This document shows positions 55,980 to 64,000 of a stretch of 64,000 nt of DNA, piece after piece. The notes under the pieces were generated by a model. It was not told where the DNA came from and ran no database searches. It worked only from the letters and a program-made list of their open reading frames with translations. The stretch comes from Eledone cirrhosa. Taxonomy: Eukaryota. The position numbers and the translations under genes are program-made. The stretch's first letter is position 1; the number at the start of each line of letters is the position of its first letter. Location: NCBI GenBank assembly GCA_964016885.1, contig OZ024743.1, positions 182,900,001 to 182,964,000 on the forward strand, written 5' to 3'.

Positions 55980-56808
55980 GATAATAATGGAGCCGCGGCG
56001 TTGCAAATGGGTTACATATGAAAAAGTTTCTCCTTCATCAGTGGCCTTCCAACCGTCGTAGGCATTTCGTCGCTTTAAAGGCCATATACCTCAGGTTGGT
56101 GCGAGCAATGGCTAAAAAAAGTCATTGCGACACGTAAATAAAGGGGACGCTAGGGTATCACTTTCTGTTGCTTAAACCATTTTGTTTGTTACCCTAGTGT
56201 CCCCTTTATTTGTTACCCTAGTGTCACCTTTATTCCTCCGTTGCTACACGTCTGTTTCGTTCTTTGTATCTTTACCCTTTCTAGCAGTCTCTCTCTCTAT
56301 GTTAGCCTCTTCCTCACCTTTCACTCACTCATTCTCTGTCACTACCTCTCCTCCTCACCTTTCTTCCCGTTTGACCTGTCCGCAATCCTTTTCTCGCGCG
56401 CACTTGGCCAAGCCGGTATGAATTTTTTTTCTCTCTCTCTCTCTCTCGTCTGCGACTTCACAGAACTTATGTTTACCGAATTCGCAGACCAGACCCCTTC
56501 TTCCTCCCGTTAGACCTGTGCGAAATTCCTTCCTTGCTCACATTTCAACCAGGTTTGATGGTCTTTATTCTCTCGTTCACGATTCCACCGAATTTATATT
56601 CATAGAAATCTGGGACTTGTTTCTTTCTTCTTCATCACTTTCTGTTGCTTAAACCATTTTGTTTGTTACCGTAGCGTCCCCTTTATTTACGTGTCCGAAC
56701 GACTTTTTTTAGCCGTTGCTCGCACCAACCTGAGGTATATGGCCTTTAAAGCGACGAAATGCCTACGACGGTTGGAAGGCAACTGATGAAGGACAAACTT
56801 TTTCATAT
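55980..56808. mobile_element. Fold-back element with 35-bp tail and pyrimidine-rich interior
   Basis: 142-bp inverted arms at 56016-56157 and 56667-56808. An extra direct duplication (56157-56210 matching 56633-56687). (TA)n flanks. Confidence 0.72.
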
Positions 56809-56809
56809 A

Positions 56810-59030
<2,221 letters not shown>

Positions 59031-59033
<3 letters not shown>

Positions 59034-59285
59034 CTTGACCGAGCAGTCTGTTGGGCGGCAATCGGCGCCTGTGGTCACAGCACGTTGTGCTGTTTTAGCC
59101 ATAAGATAACGCCACCCCACTGGTCGGGCGGGCAGGCCGGTGCTCATTTCTACAGCTGAGTAAACTGGAGCAACGTGAAATAAAGTGTCTTGCTCAAGGA
59201 AACAACACATCACCTGGTCCAAGAATTGAACTCACAACCTTTCGATTGCAAGCCCAATGCTTTAACTACTAAGCCATGCGCCTTC
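59031..59285 (-). mobile_element. tRNA-derived SINE with the same head but a different 3' tail
   Basis: 59143-59285 matches the SINE head and core; 59031-59142 is unrelated to the RTE-A tail. Confidence 0.85.
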
Positions 59286-59314
59286 ATATATATGTATATA
59301 TATGTATATATATG

Positions 59315-59351
<37 letters not shown>

Positions 59352-59357
59352 GTATAT

Positions 59358-60455
59358 ACAATATAAGATCAAAAGATGGTTAAAAGAGTTCCAAGTATTT
59401 TATTATGCGCATTTGAAAAACAAATATCATCATGGGTTGATATTTGCATTCTCATCAGATAAAATAGAGAGACATGATATGAAGCTTAAAAAACACTTGC
59501 GAGCAGTGAAGTGTTAAATCAACATATGAAAAATAAAGTAAGATGGATATATGAGGTTGGGAAAAAAAGGGGGGGGGGGTAGGAAAAGGTAAGGAAGAGG
59601 AAGAAAGAAAATAAAGGATGACGGGGGAGGAGTATAAGAAGGAAGGATGAGAGAGGAGGAGAAATGAGTGATAGAGAGAGAGAAGTAGCCTTTACAACTG
59701 AGAAAACATTGTCTCACAGAGAGAAATTAAAAAAACTGTTGAAAGATAATAGATCATTTTAAAAGATTTTGAAATTAAAAGTTAATGAGGTTTAAGAAGG
59801 GTGATGTTTATGATTAAAGAAAAAGGAATTAAGAATAGTATTTATTTAAGGTTTATATATTGAAGGGTTTAATAATATGTGCGAAAAAAAGAATTTATTA
59901 ATATGTATTATTAAAATGAAAATATTAAGGATATTAAGGATATAATGTGAAAGAAGGAGAGATTAAATTAATTATGAACTTAGAGGAATTAGTTAGGGTT
60001 TAAGTTTGTTTTTATGTATTGTAATATGTAAAAGTAAATAATAGGTTTAATACGAGCGCGGAAAGAGAGAAGAAAGAAGAAAATTTAAGGAGGAAAAAAT
60101 ATATAACGTCAAAAAGTATATATGTTTACAAAAATTTACTAATGGTAATATTAGTATATATTAAAAAAATATAGTTTGTATGGCCAAGGATATAAGGAAA
60201 AATGGAAAATGCTATAGTGAGTAATAATATGAATTAAGAAGTAATTGAGAAGTAAAAGTTACAGATTAAAGATTAGAAATTAAAAAAGAAAAAAGGAAGA
60301 AGGAAAAAGGATAAAAAGAAGAAAGCTAGGGGACCTCTAACGACATAGAATGAGTAAATTGTATAATATAATATATTGATATAAGGTAGAAAGATGGGTA
60401 TACTTATCCGATATTTGCATTGCTTTATTGTGCTACAATAAAACTCACCTCCTAC
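59358..60455 (-). mobile_element. Naiad-type PLE 3' UTR copy capped by the shared tail
   Basis: 59360-59760 is homologous to 12780-13213. Hammerhead at 59397-59466 with GAAA changed to CAAA. Tail at 60401-60455. Confidence 0.82.
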
Positions 60456-60672
60456 ATATATGTATATATATGTGTGTGTGTGTGTATATATATATGTGTG
60501 TGTGTGTATATATATATATATATGTGTATAATGTGTATATATATATATATGTGTGTGTGTATATATGTGTGTAGAATGTGTATATATGTGTGTATATATA
60601 TATATGTGTGTGTGTATATATATATGTGAGTGTGTGTGTGTGTATATATATGTGTGTGTGTGTATATATATA

Positions 60673-60771
<99 letters not shown>

Positions 60772-60843
60772 GTGTGTGTGTGTATATATATATGTGTGTG
60801 TGTGTGTATATATGTATATATATATATATATGTGTGTGTACAT

Positions 60844-61284
60844 GTAGAGGTTATATTTAATTTGTTGGGATACAACAAGTAAATATTTTTATAACTGATA
60901 TAAAGCACTCAACAAATTATTGGAGTAAATATACAATATATTAACAAATGGAAACTATATTTATAAAACCATATTTATTTCATTATACATATTTCAAGGG
61001 CCACCAAGGCAAATTATGGTGCGCTTTCATCACATAAAATATAATATAGGTTAGTTTTATAAATAAATGAAAAAATGCAACCATTCTGGTTGGTATCTCC
61101 AGGAGATTCCAACCAGAATGGTTGCATTTTTTCAGGGTATGTCAATATTTATTTATAAAACTAACCTATATTATATTTTATCTGATGAAAGCGCACCATA
61201 ATTTGCCTTGGTGGCCCTTGAAATATGTATAATGAAATAAATATGGTTTTATAAATATAGTTTCCATTTGTTAATATATTGTAT
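60844..61284 (+). mobile_element. Fold-back mini-element with nested hairpin, tail and hammerhead
   Basis: 138-bp arms at 60931-61068 and 61147-61284, inner hairpin of about 32 bp at 61068-61134, tail at 60844-60930. Confidence 0.8.
61174..61239 (+). ncRNA. Type I hammerhead ribozyme
   Basis: TATTTTAT-CTGATGA(61182)-AAG..CACCA(loop)TGGTG..CTT-GAAA(61220)-TATGTA-TA-ATGAAATA. The inverted-arm copy carries GTGATGA. Confidence 0.82.
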
Positions 61285-61365
61285 GTGTGTATATATATAT
61301 ATATATATGTGTGTGTATATATATATATTTTTTTACATATATATATATGTGTGTGTGTATATATA

Positions 61366-61418
<53 letters not shown>

Positions 61419-61667
61419 ATATATATGTGTGTGTATATGTGTGTGTGTATATATATATATATATGTGTGAGTGTATATATGTGTGTGTATATATGTGTAC
61501 ATATATATGCGTGTGTGTATATATATATATATATATGTGTATATATATGTGTGTATATATATATATGTGTGTGTATATATATATATATGTGTGTGTGTAT
61601 ATATATATGTGTATATATATATATATATATGTGTGTGTATATATATATATATATCTATATATATATA

Positions 61668-62280
61668 CTAGCAGAAGTACCTGGCGTTGCCCGGGTGTAA
61701 GTCGACCTTTGCTCTGTTGTTAAAATGTGTGAAAGTTACTTCCCGCGCATCACAAGTGCAAAAACCTTCGAACCTCAAGAAAGAAAACAGAGGTTAGTAG
61801 ACGCAGGTGTGTAATTGAGCATAAATAATGGATCAATTGTAGGTTCACAGTGTATCTTTGAAATTGTTCTTTGCACGACTGACGGAAGTCAAATTCACTT
61901 GAAATTGAATTTTCAGTTGATTTTTAAAGCAGGGTGAAAAAGTCTATTTTTTCAGTTTTGTTTTTTTACAATTTTCGCCCTCACATGTGCAGAAGAAGAA
62001 ATAAAAGGGATTTTATCTGAACCGCGGCATAATGGTGAGTCTTTTGCGACAGTTTTCAAGAAAATTGGACGTTCCTTTAAAAGGTTTTCCCATGTGCAAC
62101 TTTGCCTTGTTTTTTGCGCAAAGTTGAACCCCTGCTTCAGTTTTATTGATTTTTTACATGAATGCGTGACCTCTGAAGTAGATTTGAGTAGCTAAAAACC
62201 TGTCCCGGTAAATTTGCTATAGGTGAAAAAAAGTTGATCAAAATTGTGTCTAGGGTTATTGCCCTTTGCAACAGCCTCAA
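61668..62280 (-). mobile_element. Helitron-like element 3' end (extent uncertain)
   Basis: Minus strand ACCCGGGCAACGCCAGGT hairpin followed by ACTTCTG-CTAG|T, the canonical Helitron 3' terminus. Confidence 0.55.
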
Positions 62281-63298
62281 CGTGTCTTCATGTATGGTTT
62301 GTTAATTTGTTGTGGAACTAAATCGACTCTCGTCAAATCGGACCGAGGAAACAATGTTTCCATTTGTTTTTCTAATTGGTGTACCCGGTTACACTTGGGG
62401 TTATAAGGCGCTGGATTTAAACGGGTCTGCGCTAAATTCCAGTAGGATGCTCCAGATTGGAGCACAAAAAGAAACGTTTGTTCTTCATTTAACCGAAATA
62501 AATGAAGAACAAACGTTTCTTTTTGTGCTCCAATCTGTGATATTGGTATTTTGAAAATATAGTCCACAAACATCCATGGAGCATGTGTAACGCATGTATC
62601 AGGTTATGAGAAAAAGGGTTTTCGATTCTCCATTCATAAGATACCAAAAAATTGCATGCAAATAAACCGGGATTTTAAGGCACTGCCCAATTCATAGCTG
62701 AAAGGTAAGAATCAAGTGGAATAATGTTTTGCAACATTGTCAAATGTACAACCATACAAAAGCAAAGGATATAGCCATTGAAATCTAGGTAGACCAAAGA
62801 ATTTGGTGGGGTTGTATATCAGAGGATTGTTTTCCTTGTGATTCACATCTAGCTTACAAAGTGAAGTTAGATGATTGTAGTCGGTGTTGTATCTATAAAA
62901 AAATAAAAGCATACGGAAGACTGAACACTTACGAATTAAGTGAAAATCACGTTGATATCGGAGCAACATGTGCCGAAAAACCTGACGGACTGTTGTGTCA
63001 ATATTGAATCCCGACCTCTAAGATGTAATGGATAGGCCTTGGAGGTGAAAAGGAAGAATTGGTACAATTGTTTTGCTGAACATGTTGACCATTAATTTAA
63101 ATAGATTTACGCAGCATCATCGTGCGGTTTTGTTGTTTATGGCCTAGAATGAGGGCCGGTTAAACACGGCAGAAAAATAAGCCATGCTGGTGATGTTTAG
63201 GCGCGTCACAGGGAATAGATGCAGCATTATGAGTCAATTGTGAGGACAGTGGAAGGCACGCTGATCACTTGAGAAGACGCGATGCTACACAGGATGCT

Positions 63299-63641
63299 TC
63301 ATCATCATCATCATTTCATTTTACGTCCGCTTTTCCCTGCTTGCAAGGGTGGGATGGGAACTGATTCTGGCTTGATTTCTACAGCTGGATGCCCTTCCTA
63401 ACACCAACCTCATTTACAGTGAGTGCTGGGTGCTTTTTTGCCGTGGCGCCTACACGTCCACTTTGCAGTGGAATGATAGGGACCTCAGTCCTTATCATCT
63501 CATTTCTACAGCTGAGTAAACTGGAGCAATGTGAAATAAAGTGTCTTGCTCAAGGAAACAACACATCACCCGGTCTGAGAATTGAACTCACAACCTTTCG
63601 ATTGCAAGGCCAATGCTCTAACCAGTAAGCCATGTGCCTCC
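63299..63641 (-). mobile_element. Full-length tRNA-derived SINE with RTE-A-type tail
   Basis: Reverse-complement homologue of 53993-54337. Confidence 0.92.
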
Positions 63642-64000
63642 ACGGCCATAATTGACAGAAAGGCATGTCAGGAGAAATGAAAGAGTTGCTATTCATCCTT
63701 TGCTTGCCAAGATGAACATGTAATTAAAAAGATTTACCATGGACTATTGTGCACGTTGGTATTGTGTTTAGCCTGCGAAAATCGGTGGTCAAATGGGGCA
63801 ACAATAAGCCATGCTGATGACGTTTAAGCGGGTGGTAAGGAATTGATGCGGCATAGATAGCCATGGGAGTCTTGAAGGAGCACGGCGGTCAGGCAAAAGA
63901 AAGGGCTGAGGAGGGATGGTGGGTGACAGAGCATTGATGCAGCATGGTGATGCATGATGATGCAGTGGGACGATGGTGTGCAGGGAACGGAGAGGGCAGG

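Noticed and set aside
56740-56800. Hammerhead from GAAA…CTGATGA in the 56-kb fold-back
   Set aside because: Motif order and spacing leave no UH cleavage site or stem I.
62712-62969. Helitron Rep/helicase remnant
   Set aside because: No convincing helicase or HUH motif in the frames I read.

Overview
This is AT-rich, repeat-saturated animal DNA with no recognisable host gene. The SINE/RTE repertoire and (TA)n density resemble an octopod cephalopod, but that is an inference. The window opens with a 5.4-kb 48-bp satellite that appears to be amplified from a SINE/RTE 3' tail. The rest is large (TA)n/(TATG)n/(TG)n tracts packed with nested elements: two RTE-clade LINE families with a PHD finger inserted just after the RT core, a CR1-clade LINE, three internally deleted DD37D (maT) transposons, tRNA-derived SINEs, a bipartite RTE-derived retroposon, Helitron-like ends, and a Naiad-type Penelope-like element (RT + GIY-YIG). 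The most striking unexplained structure is a set of about nine unrelated fold-back mini-elements, nearly all sitting in (TA)n. Each has an inverted-repeat pair plus a one-sided 35-150 bp extension ('tail'). The window also contains about eight type-I hammerhead ribozyme motifs. One tail is shared by three differently truncated Naiad copies, which links the fold-backs to (TA)n-targeted Penelope-like retrotransposition. An inverted segmental duplication (about 29.4-38.5 kb vs 48.8-53.1 kb) allows the insertions to be ordered in time. All long YIYI/VCVY ORFs are microsatellite artefacts.
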